Shown: positions 1 to 9,579, counted from the stretch's first letter. The stretch is 64,000 nt of DNA from an uncultured archaeon (GCA_964558645.1 CAZLEV010000012.1:32001-96000), one strand, 5' to 3'. Translations and numbers: made by a program. The notes: generated by a model not told the origin, from the letters alone.

Positions 1-783
1 AAACTTCCCTGATGGAACCTCCCTGCCCAGAACTTCCTTCACCAGGAGCTTCTCACTACCGATTGAATAGCAGGGCCGGATTCTAGCAATGTTAACATTG
101 TTTTCACTCAGGATCCGCTCAAACTCTGGCGTTTCACCCTCTTTGGTACGTGTGGCAAAGATAATCTCATCTGCGTCCAGCATCTGTGTCATCAGCTGTA
201 TCCCTGTCATTATCTCATCGGGACTCTCCAACATCAGACAAAAATCACATGCTATGTTCGGGTCGCTCTCCTTCGCGTTGATGATCAAATGGGATATTGG
301 TTTGCCTGGAGAGAGCTTGAAGTGAGTTGGAAACGCGGCCCCGCCTAGACCCACAATCCCTGCCTCTCTCACTCTCTCCACGAGTTCATCTTTTGTTGCA
401 TTATCCGGATCCAGAGGTTTGTAGTATGGCTTATGATCTTCATCCTTGGTCTCAATCACCACGGCATTCTCTACGCGACCTGACACAGGATGGACCATCT
501 CTGTCAACTTGGTGACGACGCCGTTGACTGGACTGTGCACGGGGACCACCAGCGGGCCTCCATTGGGGTCGTCTCCAATCTTCTGTCCGTACGCCACTTG
601 GTCACCTACCTTCACAAGGGCTTTTGTCTCAGGGCCAATATGCTGACGGAGGAATACAACCATCTTATCAGCCGGGGGAACCGTAGTGAAGGGACTGCTT
701 AGTGCATCAATCTTCATGGACAAGTCCATCTTGAAGCCACCCTTCTCGACGAACTCAGTGACGCGTTTGCCCTCGTTATTCAT
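1..783 (-). CDS. rnfC: RnfC-like electron transport subunit (3' partial, runs off left edge)
   Basis: Not in ORF track. Manual translation from ATG at 783 (ATGA overlap with the upstream stop) gives LRQHIGPETKALVKVGDQV..GQKIG..VPVHSPVNGVV and GIVGLGGAAFPT, which are RnfC N-terminal and FMN/NADH-region motifs. Confidence 0.85.
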   Translation of the reverse strand, partial: MNNEGKRVTEFVEKGGFKMDLSMKIDALSSPFTTVPPADKMVVFLRQHIGPETKALVKVGDQVAYGQKIGDDPNGGPLVVPVHSPVNGVVTKLTEMVHPVSGRVENAVVIETKDEDHKPYYKPLDPDNATKDELVERVREAGIVGLGGAAFPTHFKLSPGKPISHLIINAKESDPNIACDFCLMLESPDEIMTGIQLMTQMLDADEIIFATRTKEGETPEFERILSENNVNIARIRPCYSIGSEKLLVKEVLGREVPSGKF

Positions 784-1832
784 TGTTCATCTCCTCCGCC
801 TGACTCTTTGAGGCCGTAGGGTGTTTTGATTCCAACCTTGTCTAGATATGGCGTAGCGAAATTCAGCAGTACGAGAGCAATGATTGAGCCGCCGAGAACG
901 TTGAGGAGTTGCAGCACAAATGTCAGAATAGCAAGAACAACACCGAAGATGATCTGGGAAGTCTCGGGCATAGGAGTTGACTGGGGCTCGGTTGCCATGA
1001 AGAAGATCATGAATATGACACTTCCAGTGAACACATGGAATGCAACCCGCAACACAGGGTCTCCTCCCACAGCGACACCGGTGATGATTGCTAGTGCCGT
1101 GATCGTTGACAGAGTGGCTGCGATAATACGCCACTTGAACCTGAGCCAGTAGGCAGCGACCAGACCCACAACTAGGACGACAGCTCCACATGCTCCGCCA
1201 ATCCAACCATGGGTTTGCCAGAGAACAAGAGCCTGAGCCGGCGTTAGTTCGATGTTCAGGATTGGCAAAACCTTTCCGCTGAATATCCACATCGAACTCT
1301 GGAAACCCTCGGCAGTAAGAAGATTCAAGCTAAGATGATGCGGATGGAAGAGCATTCCAACATCAAGCGAGTCCTCGAGGAAAATCATCAAGGAGAGCAA
1401 TACTAGGAGGAGAGTCTTTGATGCTGCGGCTGGATTCAGGTATTTCCTCCCGAAATAGGCTCCCTGACCATACTTGAAAACAGCGATTGTGACTAGCGCA
1501 ACGGCAGCCGTTACCTCAAATGGACTTGCAATGGGCATGGCAAGCGCCACAATCATTCCTGCAACCATCGGGGACGAAGGCGATTGATAGGTCGGCTTCT
1601 CCTTTCTCCATCTCTGATACGAGTAAACCAAACCATGGAATAGCAAGACTGTACTCATAGCTACCAGTATATGGATGAGGGCGTTCAGTCCCATCACAAT
1701 CACTGATGAAAACGCGATGATTAGCAGCGCCACAAATGTCTTGAACATGAGCTCATCCTTGGTGAATCCCAAGTGCATGTGTGGCGGCTTAACCTCCTGA
1801 TATTTCGCTGGACTTCCTTCTTCACCAGACAT
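780..1832 (-). CDS. rnfD: RnfD/NqrB-family membrane subunit
   Basis: PPH motif, FKYGQGAYFGRKYLNPA, FFMATEP, N..TPYLD; multiple TM helices; coupled to rnfC. Likely start 1832 (ORF track extends to 1925). Confidence 0.8.
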   Translation of the reverse strand: MSGEEGSPAKYQEVKPPHMHLGFTKDELMFKTFVALLIIAFSSVIVMGLNALIHILVAMSTVLLFHGLVYSYQRWRKEKPTYQSPSSPMVAGMIVALAMPIASPFEVTAAVALVTIAVFKYGQGAYFGRKYLNPAAASKTLLLVLLSLMIFLEDSLDVGMLFHPHHLSLNLLTAEGFQSSMWIFSGKVLPILNIELTPAQALVLWQTHGWIGGACGAVVLVVGLVAAYWLRFKWRIIAATLSTITALAIITGVAVGGDPVLRVAFHVFTGSVIFMIFFMATEPQSTPMPETSQIIFGVVLAILTFVLQLLNVLGGSIIALVLLNFATPYLDKVGIKTPYGLKESGGGDEQ

Positions 1833-1971
1833 GTCAGCAACACCTAGCCGTTTTTCCAATAGACAACACTCAATCTTAAAAGCTCTTGCCATCGAATTGA
1901 CCGTGCGGTTAAGGATTCGGTGCAAAGAATAGGAAATTCTATTGCTCGATGCACAACCACAGTTTCTTGGT

Positions 1972-2526
1972 TCACATACCAGGTGTGTTCACGCCGAATG
2001 CTCTTCTGACGAGGTTCCCAAGTGCAAAGCTAGCCATCGCATACCATGGCCAGAAATACAGACCAAAACCAAGCCCACTAACAGGCGTACCCAAAAACCC
2101 TACCAGGAAGGGCAGCAACTTGTGGGCGTTAAATGGCAGAATGGCGACGGGGGTTGCACCATAGAGCGAGTTGAGGATCCAGAATATTATCAGAAAGGGG
2201 ATGTAGAAAATACACATGGGCTTCATTCTTGAACCCATCATCTCAGACTGGAGTCTCAGTATCCTCCCCTGCGAATCCTGAACCTCTTGAAGCAGATACG
2301 GATCCATTGTCCTCCGGGCTTCTTTGAACTTCTTCTGCCACTCTTGGACCTCCTCCATGTCCTTCTGAAGTTTCTCAACATCGCTGAAACGTAGTGTAAC
2401 CCATGAAGATATCAACGCTAATCCTACACTCACGAACACAACAAATGCTGCGGAGCTAGGATACGAGGATACGGGCTGCAATGCGTTGACGAAGAACTGA
2501 AGTATATCACCAAATAGGTCCAACAA
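1972..2526 (-). CDS. DUF106 / EMC3-TMCO1 (Oxa1 superfamily) membrane protein
   Basis: TM, coiled coil, MKPM..FYIPF, and WY..ASF C-terminal pattern typical of archaeal DUF106. Confidence 0.8.
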   Translation of the reverse strand: MLDLFGDILQFFVNALQPVSSYPSSAAFVVFVSVGLALISSWVTLRFSDVEKLQKDMEEVQEWQKKFKEARRTMDPYLLQEVQDSQGRILRLQSEMMGSRMKPMCIFYIPFLIIFWILNSLYGATPVAILPFNAHKLLPFLVGFLGTPVSGLGFGLYFWPWYAMASFALGNLVRRAFGVNTPGM

Positions 2527-2593
2527 TCATCACGCGCCTTTGACGTCAAGCAGTCTGAACCAGTTTTAAGGCTTCTCGTTCCACAGAAGTAAA

Positions 2594-2831
2594 AGCTGGT
2601 CTGCTACCTCCCGTAACAACATACTCTCCTAAAGGAACGGCTATGAATGCCTCTTTCCGGCAAGAGAGCATGTTAGGAGCTCTGCTCTTCCGGAGGGCGT
2701 GTATTATCTTCGTATTACGTCCCCCGCCCCCGGATAGTCTTCCATTTTGTAAACGTTAGGGGTATGTTTGGGCTATGATGCGAGTCATTGTTGTACACGA
2801 TAGCTAAATCGCGCCAAACAGATTGCCAGCT
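2594..2831 (+). ncRNA. Candidate structured non-coding RNA (element A)
   Basis: Nested helices 2618-2632/2756-2768, 2634-2644/2734-2743 and 2647-2670/2683-2700; GCGA-capped hairpin 2775-2788; closing helix 2594-2600/2825-2831; TTTTAA at 2564-2569. Family unknown; strand inferred from G-U pairs. Confidence 0.45.
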
Positions 2832-2960
2832 AGAGGGCAAATGAGGGCAATATTGACCCAGAGAGCTTGATTAATCCGTGTACTGCTTAGAAAGTGTAGG
2901 ATTTATATTAGGGTAACATGTACTCGTTGAGTTGTCTGCCGCCGGGAGGGCTAGACAAAC

Positions 2961-3227
2961 ATGATGATGCTAAGAATGCTAAGACGACAAGGTTTCTACA
3001 GAGTGAAGAATCAAGATCAACCTGTCTACATGAAACATCAAGTAGGCATTGGTGGCGTGTACGTTCGTATCGAGAAGCGAAAGGCCACCATCACTGTACG
3101 TGATCTTGATATTGAAGAAGAGTTCACAAGAGTGAAGCGACTGGAAGACTTCATCTCATCACTAGATGACGAGTCATACCGACAGAAGTGCTTCATCGTC
3201 AACAAGATGAAGGGCATGGGTTCCTAG
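2961..3227 (+). CDS. Small hypothetical protein
   Basis: 88-aa ORF with upstream GGGAGGG and TATA-like TTTATAT near 2902; protein-like composition. Confidence 0.7.
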   Translation: MMMLRMLRRQGFYRVKNQDQPVYMKHQVGIGGVYVRIEKRKATITVRDLDIEEEFTRVKRLEDFISSLDDESYRQKCFIVNKMKGMGS

Positions 3228-3277
3228 TCCTGACATCTCGCCCTCATTGTCTTCTCTCTATGAGATGATGACAATAC

Positions 3278-4684
3278 GTGAGGTTCAATAAGCCAGCTTC
3301 ATCTGTCCACGTAATGTCCACAGACGCACACCGCTTTCACAAGGCAGTTCAACTCGGAAATTTCGATGAGAGTCGACTAATCATTGACAGGATAATGCAT
3401 GAGGGAACCATAGACACGTTCGCGAACTCGTTTACCTTTCTCTACGGCTCCACACCGGAGTCACACCTCAGAGTAAGAGACCATGTCTTCTTTGCGTTAA
3501 ACGCCCGTCCGATTTATACAGCACTTCAAGTTGACTCTGCAGAGTTACTGCTGCAATTGGGTGATGCCAAGGACCTTGAAGATGCAGGAGCAAAGCTCCT
3601 TGCGTCGACAAGGGAGATGTTTGATGGGGGAAACCCTGATCTAGTGAAGAGGCGCCTAGAGTTCGAACTCCTGTCTCTTAACGAATATGCACTCATGTCG
3701 TCAGAGGTCATCCAATATCATACGGACATGCTCGCAAATATTCAGATTCCGTACTCTATCCTACGCCGGTCGGGACATGAACTCATCAGGTATTCGTTGA
3801 GAGGGCTCTTTGATAGCCACTACGGAGAGATGGTTCTGGCCTCGATTGGAATAGATAGGAACTCAACGGTTATTGGAGAGCAGCAATGGCTTCAGGTTGG
3901 AAGCCTCCTCGAGCAGCTTGATCTTGAACTTGACCAGATCCTTACTGAGGTTGCCCCGGAGGTCTGGCAAGATGCTCTCGATGGGTTCCGGCCCACCGAT
4001 AGTACTTATCCAGACCAAGCAGTCCTTGAGAGAGTATATCAGACACGATTACTCTTCAAAGCCGGTTCCGAGGATAGACGGAGAGACGCGATTGCATCAT
4101 TCAAAGATTCTCCCACCTTCTTCTTCCTTGACCAGATTGTCGAGCTCCTCAACACTGGAAACTCCTCTGAAAGGTTGGAAGCTCTCCGTGCGGTGGAAGC
4201 AATGTCAATGCCCAGATCCGAGTCACAGGCAATTGTATCTCCGCTGCTCTCAGATCCTAGTTCACGCGTTCGAAAGAAGGCTGCCGAGATATTCTCAAAG
4301 GTTGTATCACGAGATTTTCAGATAAGAACAGACCCGGGCAGTATCGAGGTTGCGGCAAAGAGCCTAGAGGACTACATCATGGGATCCGATTGGTTCAAGG
4401 CATCAAATCTGAAACTGCTCGAGTCTTACCTCTCTCACTTCTCTCCACTCGTCAGGGTTTCAGCTGTTCGAGGCCTTAGGCATGTACCGCCGGGTAAGAT
4501 TGGTAATCTACTCCTCCCCTTGATGAGTGACGAGGATTACAGAGTAAGAAAGGCTGTAGTCGAATCGGCGCACCATCTCTCCGAGCCGTATTCGACGACG
4601 GTAATCAGACAGGCACTAGAAGACGACCATGAGGAAGTGAGGATTACAGCAGACAGGCAACTGAACAGGGAAGGAGCCGGCTAA
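3278..4684 (+). CDS. HEAT-repeat protein
   Basis: C-terminal repeats LLSDPSSRVRKKAAE, LMSDEDYRVRKAVVE, ALEDDHEEVRITA. Confidence 0.8.
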   Translation: MRFNKPASSVHVMSTDAHRFHKAVQLGNFDESRLIIDRIMHEGTIDTFANSFTFLYGSTPESHLRVRDHVFFALNARPIYTALQVDSAELLLQLGDAKDLEDAGAKLLASTREMFDGGNPDLVKRRLEFELLSLNEYALMSSEVIQYHTDMLANIQIPYSILRRSGHELIRYSLRGLFDSHYGEMVLASIGIDRNSTVIGEQQWLQVGSLLEQLDLELDQILTEVAPEVWQDALDGFRPTDSTYPDQAVLERVYQTRLLFKAGSEDRRRDAIASFKDSPTFFFLDQIVELLNTGNSSERLEALRAVEAMSMPRSESQAIVSPLLSDPSSRVRKKAAEIFSKVVSRDFQIRTDPGSIEVAAKSLEDYIMGSDWFKASNLKLLESYLSHFSPLVRVSAVRGLRHVPPGKIGNLLLPLMSDEDYRVRKAVVESAHHLSEPYSTTVIRQALEDDHEEVRITADRQLNREGAG

Positions 4685-4741
4685 TCTTTCGGCCACACTG
4701 GGAGTTTGAGCAGGAATGCTTTGGAACTACCAACTCATCCA

Positions 4742-5935
4742 CTAGAATCCAATCTTGGCGCGCAGATATCCCGGTGCGCAGGCTAGAATTGCATGCCTTA
4801 CCGACCTCTCACCGACCAGCATCTCAGCGATGATTCGCTGGTATTTCTCTGACTTCAGTAAAGAGCTTCCGAGTGAGCCTGATCCCCCACCAAGGAGTCT
4901 GCTTTGCAGCCACGCACCCCAGCGTAGATCAGAACCAATTCGAGACCTCCACATCTCTTCATATCGACTGAGGGCTTTCTTAGAAAAGTCATCCTCCTGT
5001 ACCGCTTGGGAGGCCACTGTTCCAGCGCACTCACCTCCCACAGCAGAGTAAAAAATCCCCTCTCCGGAAATAGGTGAACAATGTCCTGCTGCATCACCAG
5101 CAAGCAGAACTCGGTCGGAGAAAGAAGGTGTCACGACGCCAGCAAGGGGCATGAGGGCAGCCTCCTTGCGAATGACATGGCTTCCGCGGAGTTGCTCACC
5201 TATCACAACATGGTCCATAAAGCGATGTAGATAGGCATCGATTGGTGTTGCGTCTTCACGCACTCTTGAAACAAGTCCGCCCGAACCTACCACCGCAGTG
5301 TCTCTGCGAGGATACAACCAAGCATAGCCCCCTGGACTGTATTCGTGACCATAGAAGAAGTCAATGGCATTGCCGTACTCATCAGCGCCTGGCTCGCGCT
5401 CAAAGATGTATTGTCGACCATAACCCATCTTGGAATTGGGGATTCGGGGCCTAACGTACCCGTGCCGAAGACTGACAGGATTGGCTCCGCTGCAATCAAT
5501 CAGTATCTTAGCTTTGACTGGCTCTTGCCCACTTGGTCCGTCAACCGTTAGCTCACAACCTGAGGAATCGATAGACGCACTTCTGACCTCTGTTTCCAGC
5601 TGAACGAATTCCTCGTAGTGACGCACTCTCTCAAGGAGAGCAAGACCAAGTTGATCCCGGGCGACATCATAACCAACCGGTCTATGAAACTCAACTCGGA
5701 CTGGATCCATCTCAGGAAACTTCAACCTCACAGCGTCGATGGCCCAGCAGCCGGCAAAGGGCCTGAGTCCGAGTTCAGTGAACATTCGAGCAGGTACGAA
5801 CCCTCCACAAGACTTCTCTTGTCCGGGGACTCGCTCGCGACTGAACAGTCTGAAATCCACACCGTTCTCACTGAGTACATGGGCTGCCAGCAGACCCGCA
5901 GGACCCGCGCCGACCACAACCACATCAGGGCACAT
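4742..5935 (-). CDS. Geranylgeranyl reductase family FAD oxidoreductase
   Basis: DVVVVGAGPAG, KSCGG, PGGYAWLYP, LLAGDAAG..PISGEGI. Likely start 5935 (ORF track 5977). Confidence 0.88.
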   Translation of the reverse strand: MCPDVVVVGAGPAGLLAAHVLSENGVDFRLFSRERVPGQEKSCGGFVPARMFTELGLRPFAGCWAIDAVRLKFPEMDPVRVEFHRPVGYDVARDQLGLALLERVRHYEEFVQLETEVRSASIDSSGCELTVDGPSGQEPVKAKILIDCSGANPVSLRHGYVRPRIPNSKMGYGRQYIFEREPGADEYGNAIDFFYGHEYSPGGYAWLYPRRDTAVVGSGGLVSRVREDATPIDAYLHRFMDHVVIGEQLRGSHVIRKEAALMPLAGVVTPSFSDRVLLAGDAAGHCSPISGEGIFYSAVGGECAGTVASQAVQEDDFSKKALSRYEEMWRSRIGSDLRWGAWLQSRLLGGGSGSLGSSLLKSEKYQRIIAEMLVGERSVRHAILACAPGYLRAKIGF

Positions 5936-6297
5936 GATGGAGGCTGGACTGCGTACATGTCTAATAAGTCTGGTCACTGCCTAACGTGTACTAACGAGGT
6001 GGATTGTACACCCACGTCTAAGACCGATGAGAACCCGTGATAGTATCGTGTACTGTTCCCTTCGTGCTTCCTGTAATTCCCTTCTGAGTCAATTAGTTGC
6101 TTCGAGAAACAAGGGGGTGAATACGGCGTAAACGGATACTCCCGGATAGTCATCGTAAGGTCAGCAGACTTGCCGCTGTACACGCGAGCACACCCAGAGT
6201 ACATGTTTCGGCCCAATCAGAAACAAGCAACTGAGCTATCACCGCTTCCCTAGCCTTTATTCGTGCCAATCTGCTAAGTACTGAGTGAAGGAAACAA

Positions 6298-6867
6298 TTG
6301 ATAATCATGGCTATTCTACGACTCATACCCTACGCGCAGATTCCGAACGATCTTCTATTCTATCTGAGAAACAATGTCGAAAAGGGACTCCCTGATGAGC
6401 TGTTTCGGAAGGTAACCGCTTCTTCAGAAAGGCTCGCCATTCCGGACGACAGCTTCGTGCAGACCAGAAACCAGTATCGCGCAGATGATTTCATCAGTGA
6501 CCTCGTTTCCCATATGCCAGAGGATGGTCGTGCCGTTGGCGTTATTGACAAAGACCTATTCTCTGCAAAAGAGGAATTCGTCCTTGGACTGGCCGAACGA
6601 GGACGTAACGCAATCGTCGCACTACCACGCCTGAGAGAGGAATTCTATGGACGAGCTCCTGACGAGGATCTCTTCAGAAGGAGAGCAATCACTGTCATCT
6701 TGCACGAGCTGGGGCTAGCGATGAAGCTCGAAACCTGTGACAATGAGTGCGTTATGCAGGCTTTTAGCAGTGTGAGGGACCTCGATTCGATGCCACAGGT
6801 CTTCTGCTCTGACTGTACTCAAGAACTTAGAAAGAGATACGTCACTCAGATTGGAGAGAAGCGATAG
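6298..6867 (+). CDS. Archaemetzincin (M54)-like protein with degenerate catalytic Zn site
   Basis: RNQYRAD, DKDLF..FVLGLA, HELG, CxxxCVM...FCxxC pattern of archaemetzincins; second and third His are absent. Confidence 0.8.
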   Translation: MIIMAILRLIPYAQIPNDLLFYLRNNVEKGLPDELFRKVTASSERLAIPDDSFVQTRNQYRADDFISDLVSHMPEDGRAVGVIDKDLFSAKEEFVLGLAERGRNAIVALPRLREEFYGRAPDEDLFRRRAITVILHELGLAMKLETCDNECVMQAFSSVRDLDSMPQVFCSDCTQELRKRYVTQIGEKR

Positions 6868-6999
6868 AGCAAGCATCGCTCCTTGAAAGTAGTTTGATAG
6901 AATCCCTTTCATCACTCTTCTGAGCCGAGAAACCACTTTGTCAGGATTTATCAGTAGGCGTTTCGCGCTCTCTATGAATCCCTAAGAGTGTGAATCCGC

Positions 7000-7671
7000 T
7001 TGCCAAGTCCCGAATGGAAACGTTTCATGGCCGATTACTACGGTGATCCATACATGATGTGGCATGACGGGATTGATGAGAAGTCAGTTACCCGTCTGAC
7101 AGGTGATGAAAGATCCAGGGCTGAAGAAATGCTCATCAGTTCTCTTGAAGAAGGGAATCACTACGCAGCAATAGGACTGCGAGAGCTGAAGTCAACTAGA
7201 GCTCTCCCTGTTCTCGAACGGCTTCTACCATCGAGTGCAGGGAATTTCAGAATTCAGATTGCTGTTGCCCTATGTATGATTAAGGACTCCCTCGAGTACG
7301 TTGGTCATGTAATCGCTGTTCTCAAGAGCTCTGCTTTTTGGTCATACAGAATAGATGCAGCCAGGGCACTCAGAAGGTATCCCAGCGAACAGGTTGTCCA
7401 AGCTCTATTCGAGGCGGTAGCGAACGACCCGGACTATCTTGTGAGAAACCATGCCTCCGAAACCATTCTCTTTCTGCATGGCATGCCCCCAAGAATAACA
7501 GATCACAAGGAGATCTTTCAACACATGATAGTCGAGTTTGAGGAAAACGACGAAGAATCAGTCAAATCGGCGTTTGTCCACTATCAGATATGTGCAGACT
7601 TGCTTCGAAAACTCATTGAGCGTGAAGGAGAGCTCCGCAACGAATCCATTGTTGAGGACATCTGGCAGTGA
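7000..7671 (+). CDS. HEAT/PBS-lyase repeat protein
   Basis: YRIDAARALRRY, ANDPDYLVRNHASE. Confidence 0.7.
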   Translation: MPSPEWKRFMADYYGDPYMMWHDGIDEKSVTRLTGDERSRAEEMLISSLEEGNHYAAIGLRELKSTRALPVLERLLPSSAGNFRIQIAVALCMIKDSLEYVGHVIAVLKSSAFWSYRIDAARALRRYPSEQVVQALFEAVANDPDYLVRNHASETILFLHGMPPRITDHKEIFQHMIVEFEENDEESVKSAFVHYQICADLLRKLIEREGELRNESIVEDIWQ

Positions 7672-7909
7672 TCTCTGCTAAAACTCGATTGTTCTTAGGG
7701 TGCACCAGTAGCCACAGGAATCTTGAGCAGCTCGTTCTCTGTGACCTAGTGCACCAACGTGGCCCGTGCCTTTACTCGTTGTGTTCTGTTCTTAAGCCAG
7801 ATGCACGATTATCCCGACTACATGCATTCCTTACAAGTTCCCGTTGAGCTTGCGGTAGCTTGAATACACACAATCGTATCTTGAGACTTAGATGTGGAGA
7901 GAATAGGAA

Positions 7910-8560
7910 ATGCAGGAGCTGCTATCACCACTCGTCACCTTACTTGCTGCTACAATAATTCTCTTCGGATGCATCATCTCGCGGAACTCCAAGAGTGAAG
8001 ATAGTGTGGAGCAGGAGGAGAGTTGGCTATCTGAGGTCTTCACAGAAGAAGTGGAGGATGGCGGATCCCAGCGTAACGGCACATCTTTGCTACTGGAACG
8101 GATAGATGAACTGACCGATAGAATCTCAGACACAGCATCATTTGAAACTGAAAAGTGGAATGAGAGAGCTGCTGAGAGAGATCTCGAGGCGCTTCTCAAG
8201 AGAATCTATAGCATAGCAGACCGAATCCGTCACCAGACTCCAGATGTTGAACTACCCGAGACCCCAGATGCACTTGATATGGCTCTGGAAACAGTAAGAG
8301 TGCGTATGCTGCAGGCTAGAGAGGATATCCGAAGACGAACCGAGGGGGAGAGAGAGTATTATCAGAGAGTGACTCTCCTCAATCAGGCGGTTCTTCAAGT
8401 AAAGAGCGGGATGAAGACAGGTGAAGAGGGGCGAGAGATTGTAAGAGAAGCCTTGGAAAACCTAAAGGCCAGAGAGGTCCAGCCCTGTTTTTCAAGGCAA
8501 CTCCTTCGTCGCGCTGAGAGAGCAAAGAGAGAGGCTCATAATATCTTACACAGTGCCTGA
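7910..8560 (+). CDS. Membrane-anchored helical protein, paralog 1
   Basis: N-terminal TM; C-terminal ~90 aa strongly similar to 8683..9552. Confidence 0.75.
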   Translation: MQELLSPLVTLLAATIILFGCIISRNSKSEDSVEQEESWLSEVFTEEVEDGGSQRNGTSLLLERIDELTDRISDTASFETEKWNERAAERDLEALLKRIYSIADRIRHQTPDVELPETPDALDMALETVRVRMLQAREDIRRRTEGEREYYQRVTLLNQAVLQVKSGMKTGEEGREIVREALENLKAREVQPCFSRQLLRRAERAKREAHNILHSA

Positions 8561-8682
8561 ACTTCTGAACCTTCATCGTATGCTGGACAAACTTGCATAC
8601 CAAGAACGGTTCGAGTCGGTTCATGCTTGCCAGTACGAAAAGATTATCTCAGGCCCATTTGATGAATAGGTGAGGAAAAAGC

Positions 8683-9552
8683 TTGCAGACACCTGGGTCG
8701 CCAGATCTCTTACTGCTGGCACTGACAGTCATACTTGCAACGGTTGTACTGGTAGTCCTTCTCCGAAAACACCTTACACGTACTGAGAAAGAATTTGGAG
8801 AGCCTTTCGAAAAGGAGCCAGAGCTGTCAGCGGACGTTTCTCCTGATACTCTTCCAGAAACAGAAGACTCCACAAAAGTACTCCGATGGCTGAAGGAAGA
8901 AAAGGCACAAGTCCGAAAGGATCTGGACAATGACGAATTCAAGGGGGCTGCACACAAAGCAAGACACCTACTGCAGGTCTTAGATGAGCACGATGATGCA
9001 GAGACCCTCCTAGGTCCCGAGAAGTACAGAGCAGTCCGTGATGAGCTAGATCACATGATCCTGATGGCCGAATTTAATATGCGCTCTCAAGATGTCCGAA
9101 GACTCTCGAAAAAAATGCTAGAGATCGCACACCAGGATATGGATGAGTGGAATCAGGATGTGGCGGAGAAGGAACTAAACGAATGGCTCGAGAAGTGCTA
9201 TGCAGTCACCGATAAGCTCACGGATATGCTCGTGAACCTAGGAGAGACCCACCTCGCTGATGATCTTAAAGAGATCCGTGAACTCGTTCGGTTAAGGGTC
9301 CTTGAAGCCCGAGAAGATATGAGGAAACGAACCGAGGCAGAGAGAGAGTATTACCAGCGAGTCACGCTCTTGAATCAGGCCATACTTCAGGTAAGGAGTG
9401 GTCTAAAGAGTACTGAAGAAGGCAGAGAGATTGTGAGAAAGACCTTAGAGAATCTGGAGGCTTACCCAGTTCAACCATACTTCTCAAAACAACTCAAGCG
9501 TCGCGCTGAGAAAGCCAAGGAAGAGGCTCGTGACCTCCTGCATAGCATGTGA
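8683..9552 (+). CDS. Membrane-anchored helical protein, paralog 2
   Basis: N-terminal TM; shares EREYYQRVTLLNQA..EEGREIVR with the upstream gene. Confidence 0.8.
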   Translation: MQTPGSPDLLLLALTVILATVVLVVLLRKHLTRTEKEFGEPFEKEPELSADVSPDTLPETEDSTKVLRWLKEEKAQVRKDLDNDEFKGAAHKARHLLQVLDEHDDAETLLGPEKYRAVRDELDHMILMAEFNMRSQDVRRLSKKMLEIAHQDMDEWNQDVAEKELNEWLEKCYAVTDKLTDMLVNLGETHLADDLKEIRELVRLRVLEAREDMRKRTEAEREYYQRVTLLNQAILQVRSGLKSTEEGREIVRKTLENLEAYPVQPYFSKQLKRRAEKAKEEARDLLHSM

Positions 9553-9579
9553 GAAGCTGCTGTAAGACTCAGAGCAGGA

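Noticed and set aside
2634-2743. GGCTA/TAGTC helix with bulged C resembles group I intron P7; ends loosely resemble RNase P P4
   Set aside because: No room for P3-P6, J8/7 too long, and no GAGGAAAGUCC-type CR-I
6228-6245. Minus-strand GCGGTGATAGCTCAGTTG resembles a tRNA 5' end
   Set aside because: No D-stem closure, anticodon arm, T-loop or matching acceptor 3' strand
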